From assembly GCA_021613535.1 (NCBI GenBank), contig CP075497.1, forward strand, positions 2,046,001-2,110,000: a stretch of DNA of 64,000 nucleotides. Reading direction: 5' to 3'. Source of the DNA: Adineta vaga (Eukaryota; Animalia; Rotifera). The position numbers and the translations under genes are program-made. How positions within the stretch are numbered: the first letter of the stretch is position 1; each line of letters opens with the position of its first letter. Under the pieces are notes generated by a model, which worked only from the letters and a program-made list of their open reading frames with translations, ran no database searches and had not been told where the DNA came from. Shown one piece after another: positions 1 through 12,449 of this stretch.

Positions 1-220
1 ACCATCGGTAAGAAAACGTCGATGACGTCATTTTGACATGCACTTCTCCTACGTCGTGATAACGGAGATTGCATCATCGTTTTCATCGGCTATAAAAAAA
101 TGTGACTGTTTGGTTATATCCTAATTCGACATGAATCAAAGTTTTTCCATTATATTGCGTTTGAATTGCGAATACACTTGAAATTTAAGATTAACCTACT
201 TCCGTATGACTCATTTTTGA

Positions 221-273
221 GGGTGTGGGTAAGGGTGAAGGATAAATCTCACAACTCAAACCACATCCATACC
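221..273. repeat. degenerate telomere-like (TGTGGG/CCCACA) element
   Basis: GGGTGTGGGTAAG followed by a degenerate CCACATCC arm; resembles the copies at 693 and 2043. Confidence 0.5.
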
Positions 274-692
274 GTCAAGATGAAACTTACTTGATGTTGA
301 TAAAAATTACCCATAACTTTATTAAATTCATAAGGTATAAATAGTGTAAGGAATGAAATCATTTTGATAAGTAAGAATTCGTTTGTAGGAATTCTATTTT
401 TCATAATCGTTTAATTAATTGTTTAATAGATTGGTGAATTTGTATGTAGAACGAACAAAATCTGTATTGAATCAGTATGAAAATTATTCTTAGTAATAAA
501 TAGATAATAAAATATTTCTATTTAAATTCGATTGATCCAAATATATAAATCAAAAGGATAATCTTCACTATTAAATTCAGCAGTTATATCTAATCCAAGT
601 TTTTCGATTTCTTTTTTAATCGAACATATTTCATTTGTCTTTTTTCTTTCATGATTGTGTAGATACGTTAATTTAGGCAAATGTTTAATTAA

Positions 693-794
693 GGGGTGGG
701 TGTGGGTGTGGGTGTGGGTAGGAGTGCTAGTTGTATCTGGCCCCCACCACACCCACACTCACATCCACACACCTACTCACAACCACATCCACCC
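693..794. repeat. inverted telomere-like repeat element, copy 1: (TGTGGG)n - core - (CCCACA)n
   Basis: TGTGGG array, core GAGTGCTAGTTGTATCTG (722-739), then a degenerate CCCACA array. Confidence 0.85.
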
Positions 795-848
795 TTCATA
801 TTTTCCAGTTTTTAGAATTCTATAATGAAATAAAACAATGAACACGGA

Positions 849-1508
849 TTATTCATGATTTTCTTTATTGATTTTTGAATGATTAATAATTAAATATCCT
901 CGTGACTCTGATGCCATTTTATCTTCTGTACACATCATTCGTACTAAATCTTTCAAAGATAACCAATGATGAGGAAATCTTATGTTATTTGGATCCAAAA
1001 TGAGAACATGATCTGTTTTTGGATTGAATCCACCAATTAAAGCAAAATGTCCACTTTGATGAATATAATCTTTATCTCGAATATAATATTGTCTCCAATA
1101 ATTAATAATAATAAAATTATTTTCGTTAAGAAGATCTTCACGAAATATTTTTTCATATGAATAATTTTGACAATAATGTATTTGAGAAGATATTCCACAA
1201 AGATGAAGAATTTTCGCTAGATTAATTAATGTTATTCCATTTGACATATAATCTTTTGCAATTGTTGAATAAATTAATGATTGATTCCATTTTTGAATTG
1301 GTAATAATGTTTTTAATAATGTTGATATGCAAGCAATACCACAAAATGAAAGATGTTCTTGATATTCAAAATAAGAATTAAGATAATCATATGCAATATG
1401 AAATGATTGAGAAAAAAACTCTTCGCCACTTGACGAAGATAAAGGGATTATCACAGATGGATACCACAGATCTGTTGGAATTTGTGTTTTAAATGTATTA
1501 GCATCCAT
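849..1508 (-). CDS. PCS: phytochelatin synthase, catalytic domain only (half-type), intronless
   Basis: 219 aa ORF with Q-x5-CG (QEHLSFCG), SGHFALIGGF, DHVLILDP, HWL and SRGY motifs; Cys-His-Asp triad present; no Cys-rich C-terminal domain. Confidence 0.88.
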   Translation of the reverse strand: MDANTFKTQIPTDLWYPSVIIPLSSSSGEEFFSQSFHIAYDYLNSYFEYQEHLSFCGIACISTLLKTLLPIQKWNQSLIYSTIAKDYMSNGITLINLAKILHLCGISSQIHYCQNYSYEKIFREDLLNENNFIIINYWRQYYIRDKDYIHQSGHFALIGGFNPKTDHVLILDPNNIRFPHHWLSLKDLVRMMCTEDKMASESRGYLIINHSKINKENHE

Positions 1509-2042
1509 TTAATAATTATTTTGACAGATTTATATTGAGTTTCCTTTTCTTACGAAATACGGAAGGCTTTTACGCAATATAATGATTCATTCGCTAAATA
1601 GGAACAAATCATAATCAACCTCAAATGATAGATATCACATATTTACAGTTTTTTTATTTATTTCAATCATAATTCTAAAATCAACTAAAATCTTCCATAC
1701 TCCATTATCATTATAGACAACATAATTCAAATAAGAACTTTCTTATTGATTTGATTTGCAAAAATAATAAATAACTTATTATTTCATAAAAGTATTTTTC
1801 TATGGAAATATATACAAACAATTTGATTAATAAAAAAGAAATCTACATGAATTGAAATAAAAGATCAAAATCTGGTTGAACAAAAACTAGGCTTTGGAAA
1901 ACACTGTTGGCTGAATTTTCAAGTTGACATAATTCGATTGGTGAAAAGCATGATATCGAAAATAATGAGCATTGGTATTTAAACAATATTTTCTTGACTT
2001 AGATATTCTTTTGACCCTGACACTGACAAAAACACTAACACA

Positions 2043-2110
2043 TGGGTGTGAGTGTGGGTAAGAGTGCTAGTTGTATCTGACACCCTCACCCACACCCACA
2101 CCCACACCCA
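2043..2110. repeat. inverted telomere-like repeat element, copy 2
   Basis: identical 18-nt core (2062-2079) between TGTGGG and CCCACA arrays; same orientation as copy 1. Confidence 0.85.
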
Positions 2111-2385
2111 TTATAAATTGGGCGAATAATAGAAATGCAGTTAACAGTTGAATCATTCTCCTAGTAATTTAATGCTTCGCAGCACTCTCAAGATGGTTCG
2201 AATTTTGATAGAAAACATAAATAAATCCTAATTATTCCTGATGAATTTACTATCTTTTAATCATATGTAAACATTTATTCGATCAATAATTATTAGTATC
2301 ATAAAACAAACATAACAAAATCGAAAGGTAAGAATCTTGTTGTCTTTATTCAGGAGATTTTATGATCTAATATCAAAGAAACCGA

Positions 2386-4826
2386 TTATTGAATACGACC
2401 ATGAGTAAAATTTCGCAAACTTTGATTTAAACTAGCTAATGTTATCGGTGGTAAACGAACAGTGGATGATAGTGCTGATGTCATAGGAGACGTAGTTTGC
2501 GTATGTATAATCGAAGATTGACTTCGAGAAAGAAATTGTTTTGTGAATGCTAATCCATTCGTAATACAAGCACTCAAAGCTGAGCGATACAAATTCATAT
2601 CTGCTATGTCATACCTAGTTGAAATAATGAATACAAGATGTTATCAACATTGAAGGCATTACCATTCATCTGTTGTCTCATCAAAACATTCGACATTGGA
2701 TATTGTTGTTGAACCATTGAATCCACCAATTGTAAATAGAAGATCATCAAGAATCTATAATTCATTTTTATTCATATCACACATATTTCACATCAATTCA
2801 TAAATTACTTCAATAGCAAAATTACTTCTTGGATGAAACATATCTGGAATTGATCGCCACGAATTCATTGTTGGATTATATCGTTCACCTGTACTAAGTC
2901 GTGATGTACCATCGAAACCTCCAATTGCATAAATTGAACCATGATAAGCAATAACACCTTTTATAAAACAAAATTTAAACGAAAAAACACATCACATAGA
3001 AAGAACTAACCAACACCACTTCGACAACTATGCATCGGTTGAATCATTGTCCATTGATTTGTTATTGGATTGTAATATTCAGCTGTTTGTAAACATTCAT
3101 GTCCATCAAAACCACCACAAATATAAACACGATCTACAAAAAATATTTCATAACAAAACAATAAAATAAATGTCGATCGGTTTACCATTTAATGTACATG
3201 CTGATGCATCACTTCGTTGTACATACATTGGACAAATTGCTGACCATTGATTTGTTTCGAAAAAATATTTTTCTGCTGTATTTTGTCGAACATGTCCATT
3301 AAAACCACCCATTGCATATAGTAAACCATTTAAATAAGCAACACTAACATAACAACGTCGTTCATTCATTGGTGCTATTTCATTCCATACTCGATTGATT
3401 AAATGAAATGAACGACATGAATTAAAACATTCTGTACCATCGAAACCTCCAATAACATACATTTTATTATCAACTGTTAGACATCCATGATATGCACGTG
3501 GTGAAACTAAATTGTATCATATTTAAAAACAAAAACATACGATTAGAGGAAGAATATCACCTGGATGTGTTGAAATAATTGTCCATTTATCTGCTCGAAC
3601 ATCATAAGCTTCGAGTATATTTGTTGCATTTCCTCCAGACCATCCACCAAATGCCAAAATCATTTCATGTGGATGTCGTGGACGAATAAAAGGAAAATCA
3701 ATATCTACATCCTAAATACAATAGATTATTAATATCGACGTAAAATTAATTTCATTGGATTCATTACCATTAAACCTTCATTATCTAATTTATATAATAA
3801 TCGAAGTGTTTCTCCAAGAATTGATTTACATTGATCATTATCTTTAATATAGGGATGTTGTTTGACTTTATTAATAAATATTGATGATGGAATTAATCCA
3901 AGACGTACATGACTTATCAATTGTGCAATAAACTATTCAATTAAAATAGATATCATTTCAAAATCAATCAATAACAAACTATTTTTCGTTGTTTTATATC
4001 ATAATCAATCCATTGGATACATGCATCAAAAAGATTTTCTTCATTTCGTACATTTAGATCATCATTAGCAAGAAATTCTACGAATTGTTCAATTGAAAGT
4101 TCAACAAAAGTTTTAGTTGTTTTGATTATTTTAATAAAGTTTTGCCTAAAAAAAATGCTACTTGATTTTTGTTTTGTTTTATTATATGAATGTTTTTCTT
4201 ACATTAAATATTCATAAGTTGCATTGAAAAATTTCGAATCACTATGAATTTTTGCAAAGTTAAATAAACGAAAAATATTTTCATCATTGATATTTAACAT
4301 CAAATATTCACAACAATACTGAAATAAACTTGTCATTTGACATAATTTAGCTGCATCAATTATTCGATTAACATTATCTAATGTTAATTTACATCGACGT
4401 ATATAAGCATAATCCAGTAAACATTCCAGAGTATCACAATTTATATCTAATTCTAAATATGGATCTTCATTCTGTTGTAGATTTGTAAATGCCATACGAA
4501 GATATGGACTAGAAGCTTTTCATACAAAATTTTTGTTTTATCGATCGAGAAGAAGGCATGATAATCAATAACATACCAGCTAGGATAAATCGATGAACGG
4601 GATATTCGATACATTGTTCAGTACGATGATTTTTAATTGAAATTTTTGCATCACACAAAAGATTCGCTTTTCTTAGTTCATTCAAGATTTGACATGCTTC
4701 AGTTGTGAATGCACAAGTACGTTTTTTATCACCTGAATGTGCATTGGAATTTGTCATTTTAGACGATGAAGTTTTTCTTCGATCGTCAGGACAAAATGAA
4801 CTTTTAGATCGTACTCGTTTTAGCAT
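2386..4826 (-). CDS. KLHL10: kelch-like protein 10 (BTB-BACK-Kelch), about 10 exons
   Basis: BTB (LCDAKI..VHRFILA), BACK, then GGWSGGNATNILEAYDVRADKW, RRCYVSV, QRSDASA, RSNFAIE and YRSALS, all characteristic of KLHL10. Confidence 0.85.
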
Positions 4827-5983
4827 GCTGTCGAGATCTCGTTTCGACTAACATCGAGTTCATATCATATACAAATGATAGAATATAGATCAGTGTAAAT
4901 TAGAAAAGATATAGCAGTTTTATCGTCGAAGAAGAAAAAAAAGAATGAAAAGATCAAAAAAAATGAATTTAAGATTTGAGATTTCGATCTAGAGTAGCGC
5001 CGAGAGATTTATTTTTATTTTTATTAATTATATCATTTCTCTGCAATGAAAACATTCTTTAGACGAGATGTTCTTCTAAGTAAATCTTTGACTATGAACT
5101 TTAAGGAATGAGAGATAAAAACCTTTCTTGTACGGATATACAAAATAATAAAAATAATGTATGAATATCTTTTCCTTATCAACCTTCATGCCACACTTTT
5201 AATGATTTTTTTATTGAAAATTTTTCATTCCATAAAAAGTTTAGTTTTTCTCAATTAATTCAAGATTTAACATGAACAACACCCTTACTAACTAATTAAC
5301 TAACTGTACATATATAACTACTTCGATAGTTCATTAAAATATAGTCTATGTTGCTGAATTTTGAATACTGTTGCGTACTAAACGAATGAAAAGATTCGAA
5401 GAACCAATCCTGCAGAACTTATTATTACTCTTGCGACGCTGGAACCGGCTTTAATACCAGAAAAGAATCCATTCATAGTATTTTCATTTCCATAACCTGG
5501 ATAGGTTGTTGAAAGCATATATCCTTTGAAAAAAAAGAAGAGAACAAGTATTTAAACGAGACGAAACACAAGATAATCATACATGGTTAGAAGGAATATT
5601 TGATGTTTGCAATACTAACCGGTTGAACATTGATTTCTTGTGTAAAACAAGAACATCAAAGATGGCTCTTCGATATATGTAGGTCACAGAAAGAATATTA
5701 AGGATCACTTGTAACTATGGTATTGGAATGTTTATCACAGCTATGTAGACATGATATATCTGTAGACGAGAAAGACACCTGAAGTTTATTTTATAATATA
5801 TTCTTGTAGTTTTTTTCCTTCATTCTTTTAACCTTGAAGTCGTATGCATCTTAAGAAGAAAAAAAAACCAGTCATTTGTTTTTCTGTTGTTCTTATCGTT
5901 AAATCAACTTGTAGTAAAAGTCGGATATTTATTTTTGTTCTTATTCGATTAACATACATATATTAGCAAAGCACGTGTTGTAA

Positions 5984-7977
5984 ATGGATCGAATTCAATG
6001 TCCAATTTGTTTTGAAAATTTTTCCAAAGAAAAAAAGCCGATGATAATATGTACAAATGGTCATTCAATGTGTCAAGAATGTTTGAATGATATCAAATCT
6101 TCATCAAAAGTTGAATGTTCAATGTGTCGTGAAGATTTATTACCCGTCGCAATTGTTAATCGTGATGTATTAAATTTAATCGACGCTATTTATGAAACTA
6201 TGGCTGCGATTCCTGTTATTAAAGTTGAAGAATTAATAATAGAACCCAAACCATTTGGATTTGGTGGCAGTGCTGATGTATTTCGAGCACAATGGAAACG
6301 ACAGACAGTTGTTATAAAACGTTTACGTACAGGCACAAATGATCCTAAACAATTATCACAACTGAAAGGAGAAATAAGTATGCATGTTGGATTAAGACAT
6401 CCATGTATTATATCTTTATTTGGTTATACAAGTAATGGAAATGGAAAAGAAATTGTGATGGAATATGCTGAACGTGGTTCATTAAATAATAATTGGAAGA
6501 ATGCTGATCAAAACCAATTAATCAATTGGGCATTGGATATTATCGATGGTTTACAATATTTACATAGTCGAAAAATTTCACATAGGTACAAAGATTTTCT
6601 TCAAAAAGATAATCAATATCTTGTGTTTTTTTTTCTTAGAGATCTTAAGCCAGAAAATATTCTCATTGCACAAGATAATCGTGCAAAATTATCTGATTTT
6701 GGAATGGCAAGAGTATTAGCAACAATTCAACATAATACAGCAGGAAGTGGAACACCAGTTCGTATAAATTTTCACTATTCCATTGTACTTCTCATCGATA
6801 CTTTGTATAGAAATATACAGCTCCTGAATTATTCGATGCCGATACAAAATATGGTTCCGAAGTTGATATCTATAGTTTAGCATTGATTCTTTATGAAATG
6901 TTTTCAAAACAAGTTGCATTTGAAAATCTTACTCCACATCAACTTATTGCTGCTGTTTGTATAAAAAGAAAACGACCTGATTTTGATTCAACGTTTCCAA
7001 CTAAACTTCGAGAAAAAATTGAACTTGGTTGGTCACATGAAGCAAAAGATCGTTGTAAACTCGATGATTTTCTTCACATTCTCTTAGAAATAAAAAATCC
7101 ATCATCAAATAAACAAATCTTATCGATGGGAGAAACAACTCGTGTAACAATGATTGAACAAGCTGATAATACTCAAATGAAACGATTAGATTATTCACCA
7201 ATGATCGAAATGAAATGGTCAACTCAAACCGAACAAACAAAAACATTGTTAGAAAAAATGATTGATGAAATGCGTAAATCTTCAAATTTTGCAAATATCT
7301 TTTCCGATACAATCATCAATGCTATGTTACAAGTACCAAAACATTTATTCGTCGATATGAATGTGTATAAAATTGCGACAAAAATCAATGATAATGGTCA
7401 ATGTTTAAAAATGATTTATAATCCATCACAAGCATTACGTGCAAGTCAAACACAAAATATGAGTTCAACAGAAATCACCGCTGCTCAATTATGTTTAATA
7501 CCATTGAATTCTGGTGATCGAGTTTTATTTCTGGGTGCTAAAGGTGGTTATATTCAAACAATAGCTGCACAAATTGTTGGTTTTCAAGGACAAGTATGGA
7601 TTTGTTCGCAAGATGATCAAGGTCTTAAACATGTGGGAAATGTTCTAGAAAATCATGTACCAGAGATTCTGAAACAAATTATTAAATGTATTTTAGTTAA
7701 AAATGTTCAAAATGCCAATGAAGTAAAGAAAGAATTAAAAATAATGGAAGAATATTTCAATATAATTCATATTTGTGGTGCAATTTCACAAGATTCTCTT
7801 GAAGAGTTTCAAAAACTTTTGAAAATTGAAGGACAACTATTAGCACCGATTAATATCGATGAGAAAAATCAAAAATTTACTATCTTACATAAAACTCGCA
7901 ATCAAACTACCGGTCAAGTAACATTAAATAAACGTATTCTTAATGATTGGGGTATTATCTTTGGTCCTGTTCTTTAG
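5984..7977 (+). CDS. RING finger - TKL-type protein kinase - PCMT(PIMT)-like fusion, about 628 aa; exons 5984-6585, 6640-6757, 6811-7977
   Basis: C3HC4-type RING; kinase GFGGSADV, VIK, HRDLKPEN, DFG, APE and DIYS after removing two GT-AG introns; C-terminal AMLQVPKHLF..GDRVLFLGAKGGY..GQLLAPI resembles isoaspartyl methyltransferase. Confidence 0.85.
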
Positions 7978-8160
7978 TATTTTTTATAAATATACAAATA
8001 AAAGCGATAGTGAAAGGTGTGGGTGTCTCTTTTCTGCCTTTTGACTTTTTATAATTTTCTAGTTTTGAAGTATTTATAAGTCTTTCAAATAATAACAAAA
8101 AAATACACAAATTCTTTTCACTTTCACAAATCAGATGAACAAAAAAAAATTGTAATTGTT

Positions 8161-10266
8161 TTATTTTCTCTGTAAAATTTTCTCATCAATTTTGCCCAAT
8201 GTCGTTCGATCATTTTGTACTAATTCCATAACATTTTTAATTCCACGATGAATTTCTTGTAAAATATCTTTGATTTGTTCTATTTTGTCTCTGTCAAAAC
8301 GTAATGTTTCATTCGAATGAAGAATTGTTGACCATTGAATTGGAGCTAATAATGTTGGATTCATACGTATTTTCATAATTAAATCTTTTATTCGAATATC
8401 TAAGGGTAATTGAGAAAGACTTTGTAATGAATGAAGATTTGTCCAGATTTGAATTTCTGTTGACGTTAATTTTGGTTCATGTTGACGACGACGACATTCG
8501 AATTGAATTGTTGCCTAAAGATTGATTTCAATGACGAAAGAAGAAGAAGAGAAAACAATATATACCTTAAGAATTCGATGTGAATATTCAAGTAAATTGG
8601 TTTGATAACGTTTCATTGTCAAACGGAATGCTTCACATTGATCTTTAACATTACGTAATTGTTGACGAGTATTTTCTAATTGTTGTTTTTGATCTTCATG
8701 TTCAATAAATTGAGATTTCATACGATCACGTAAAGCTAAAACAGTAAATCAGATGAAGTCTTCGCATGATTTGCATTTAAATTACCTTTGACACCGACAA
8801 GAGGTACGGGAAGAAGTAATTGTGGTTTTGGATTTTCTTTCTTCGCTTGTTCCCAAACGAATGCTGTCATACCAGGTGGTGTTGTTTCAAGATATTGTTT
8901 ATAATCTTGATCATTTAAATCAGTTCGTCCAAAAACTTGAACGATTCCAATTGAATCTAAATGTGGTTTATTTGGATTTACTGGTTGACCAATTGTTGTT
9001 GTTGCTGGTACAGGTGGTTGAAGATAATTAACAATATCTGATGCTTTATGTTTTTTCACCACTAATGTTCCAGGTTGTTTTTCATTCACAACAATTAACA
9101 TCTAAATTGATGATATTGAAAACAAAGTATGAAAAGAGAAAAAAAAACGAATTTACTTGAGTACGATCATCAGCTAATGGTGAAATTCCTTCAAGTTCAA
9201 TGACACAATTCGGATTATTATTAAAACAAAGTCGATGAAGAGATTCAATACATTTATCTTTATTTTTAACAACATCAGCTAATTTTTGATTTATTATTAA
9301 AGCAACAAGACCATCTTCATCACGAGTTCTTGGACGAACACTATACGAATATGTCTATGAAAATAGAAGAAAACAAAACGATTATTTTTTATATTCGAAT
9401 CAAAAGGAGAACTAATGAATATAATTACTTTGAATACATGATAAGGTAAATTAGCATCGACATCATAGGTACCTAAATAAAAGTTGGTTAGATTTTTATT
9501 TTCAACTAAGAATCAATGTAATTACCTTGATGACAAAATGTTTTGCCAGTTCCATAGAATACTTGAAGAATATTCCATTTGAGGAAAATTTCATCACGTT
9601 CATCATTGAATAAACGTGGTGATGTTAAAGATGTAATTAATTTTTCTTCCGGACGAACTACATTAACTGTAGGGGCGGCTGGTTGAGCAATAGTTGTTGC
9701 AGCAGCACCAAATGGTTGTGTTGCACCTAAAGAATAAGATCATATTATTCTAAATCTTATGAAATGAAAGGAAAGGAATATAAACCTCCACCAAATGGAA
9801 ATGTTGAAGCTGTCGTTGTTGTTGCTGCTGCAGCTGGTGCTCCAAATCCAAATGAACCAAAAGGAGCGGTTGCTGGTGCTGTGGTTGTTGTAGTTGGTGC
9901 ACCGAATGTAAATCCTGGTGTTGCTGTGCTTGTCGCTGTACCAAAGCCAGTAAACGTTGGTCTCGTTGCTGTTGTAGTTGATGTTGGTGTACCGAATCCA
10001 AATGCAGGTGTTGTAGTAGGTGCTGGTGCTGGAAAACTGAATGGTGAAGCAGTAGTGGTCGCTGTTCCGCCAAATAAAGGAGCAGTCGTTGCTGCTGTAG
10101 CAGTTGTTGGTGCACCAAAACTGAACGGAGTTGTTGTTGCTGTTGTGGCAGCTGCCGGTGCACCGAATGTAAATGGAGTTACAGCTGCTGTAGTTGTAGT
10201 TGTGGCTGCAGGCGCACCAAATAGACTTGGTCTGGTTGCCGGATTAGCACCGAATGAGAATGCCAT
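8161..10266 (-). CDS. NUP54: nucleoporin p54, about 7 exons
   Basis: N-terminal FG/Thr-rich repeats; DERDEIFLKWNILQVFYGTGK; PPGMTAFVWEQAKKENP..PVPLVG; C-terminal coiled coil. Confidence 0.9.
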
Positions 10267-10601
10267 CTAGAAAAACTATCATTCATTATGAATTAAAAAA
10301 GAAAATATAAATTAAACGAAATATCGAAGAAAGTTTCACACAAGAAAGTTGTAAGACTGATAGACAGAGCAAACGATTCTTGAGTAATTATTATTGAAAT
10401 GATTGGAGTTGTCGTTCATCCTGTGAAATAATAACAATAGGAGAGGTCGCTAGAAAACTGTCCTCTTTCACATAACTTATTTAAATTTCAATTCTATTGC
10501 CCATTCAAAATATAACATAGAAGAAAATATATGATTCTCTAAATAAAAACTTTATTTGAAATAAAATTTCTTTTACATTCGGAAAAAGAACAATAAAAAA
10601 T

Positions 10602-12449
10602 TCATAACCAAATTTGAATAGAATCATCAATTAATTGAATTTGATAATTTTTTTCTAATTTTTTTAATCTGAAAGAATGCTGCATTAACCATTGAGAAAG
10701 ATCATCCGTTGGAATATTTTCGGATAACTGTCCGTTCATTGAAAATACAATTAAATGTTTACAATAATCTAAAATTTCACCAAGAGTTTTTCCTTCAATA
10801 ATATCATCATTTCGATATTTAATTTTCAATGAATGTATTCGATTAAAAATTCGTGCTAATTGATAAATATGTTCACTTGTAAATTTAACATTCGTTTTTC
10901 GTCCATCGAGAAATAAATGAATGACACCGGGAAAGAAAATTTCTTTATCATCGATTTCAAATAATTTTATTGCACATTGAACATCAAGACATAGAGTACT
11001 TAGATTATCTGCTGAGAGAATTAATTGTTTGAAATGATACCAATTATCAACAAGACCAGATACTGATAAAATTTTGAGACGTTTTAATTTAACTATGAAT
11101 GGAGTGAATTCGCTATTTGATGGAACTAAAGTACAAAGGATGATTTTGCATAAAACTTGATCGAAGAATGAATAACTCGAATCTGATGTTCTATAAATGA
11201 TACTTCTCATAATCTTACCTGAACGAATGGATTCATTTTCATCAATTTGAATTGTCAAATCTTGTATTTTTCTACAATGTTGTAAGATTGCAAATGTTTC
11301 TTTGAGATTTTTCACCTGAGTTATGTATAAATATTGAATACAATTATAAACTTGATCACGTTCTTTCGCTCCGAATTTATTTGAAGAAATTGATTGTAAA
11401 TTTAAAAGAATCGATGGATATGGTACTGTATGAATTAATATATAAGTTTTCTTTTGGTCTTTATTAATTGTATAAATAATTTGAAGAGATTTCCATGATC
11501 TGAGAAATTCTTGTGGATCAAACGAATAATTAACTGATGAAGAAAAATAAACCGCATATTGAAATGATTTCAATGATAAAGTATTGCAAAGTAAATCTTT
11601 ACCATAGAGAAGACGATCATCTTCTGTTAGAAGAACTAATGAAAGATATTCAACAGTTGGAATAAGTTGAAATATGGTTAAAACACTTTCTAATTTCGAA
11701 GGAGAATTCATTGTGTCAAGTGAAAAATGTGTGAGACATTGAAATGGAATGATATCTTGTTCAATAGGTAAGAGTTCTTCAATAATAACATTAACACGAC
11801 GAATTGTTGGAAAAAGAAAAGCGAAATAAAGTAAATCATTTGATGTTGAAAGTGAAAGATTTATTTGAATTAAATTCGAATAAATAGTTGAAAGTTTTTT
11901 TGTATTAAACAGTGTCATTGAATAACAATCGGGTTCGAAAAGAATTGTTTCTATTTGAGGATTTTTTGAGATCATTTCGAGTAATTGATTGTAATCATCA
12001 ATAATATTTACAAATGAATTGACTTCAATGGATTTTCTTAAACCACGAATGACAATTCGACGAAGATATTCAAGTTTAGTCAAATGATTATTAATAAATG
12101 GAAATAAATCAACATTTTTCCAATCATCTATAGCTAAAATTTCTAAATTTGGAAAGATGTTCTTGATATTCAAAGTAAAATTTTCTAAAAATTCTTGTTG
12201 TTGTAAACGATTGATCGTTAATGAACGAATACAATGACCAATTTTAGGTAAAATATTCGAATATAAATAACGAAATTGTTGATAAGTTAATCGTCGAAGT
12301 ATAACATATTGACAATAATTAATTATAGTTCGATTTAAACGTAAATTGAGATTATAAAATGAATAAAGTACATGACCACAATGGAGATATTGATAAATTT
12401 CGAGAAGAATTTCATCAGGAAATAATTCTATTTGAAAAGAATTTTTCAT
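10602..12449 (-). CDS. F-box / RNI-like LRR protein
   Basis: IELFPDEILLEIYQYL..YSFYNLNLRLN F-box, LRR-like repeats, C-terminal IQIWL; probable in-frame intron 11218-11126. Confidence 0.75.
   Translation of the reverse strand: MKNSFQIELFPDEILLEIYQYLHCGHVLYSFYNLNLRLNRTIINYCQYVILRRLTYQQFRYLYSNILPKIGHCIRSLTINRLQQQEFLENFTLNIKNIFPNLEILAIDDWKNVDLFPFINNHLTKLEYLRRIVIRGLRKSIEVNSFVNIIDDYNQLLEMISKNPQIETILFEPDCYSMTLFNTKKLSTIYSNLIQINLSLSTSNDLLYFAFLFPTIRRVNVIIEELLPIEQDIIPFQCLTHFSLDTMNSPSKLESVLTIFQLIPTVEYLSLVLLTEDDRLLYGKDLLCNTLSLKSFQYAVYFSSSVNYSFDPQEFLRSWKSLQIIYTINKDQKKTYILIHTVPYPSILLNLQSISSNKFGAKERDQVYNCIQYLYITQVKNLKETFAILQHCRKIQDLTIQIDENESIRSGKIMRSIIYRTSDSSYSFFDQVLCKIILCTLVPSNSEFTPFIVKLKRLKILSVSGLVDNWYHFKQLILSADNLSTLCLDVQCAIKLFEIDDKEIFFPGVIHLFLDGRKTNVKFTSEHIYQLARIFNRIHSLKIKYRNDDIIEGKTLGEILDYCKHLIVFSMNGQLSENIPTDDLSQWLMQHSFRLKKLEKNYQIQLIDDSIQIWL

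Noticed and set aside
522-758. 78-aa ORF with THTHTH
   Set aside because: Its N-terminal part is a translation of the telomere-like repeat; no recognisable domain.
9750-10270. Antisense Val/Gly/Ala-rich ORF and alternative-frame Gln/His-rich ORF
   Set aside because: Shadow frames of the low-complexity FG exon of NUP54.
11126-11218. Stop-free 3n introns (also 6586-6639 and 31879-31929) as regulated intron retention
   Set aside because: Expected by chance among many short introns; no further evidence.
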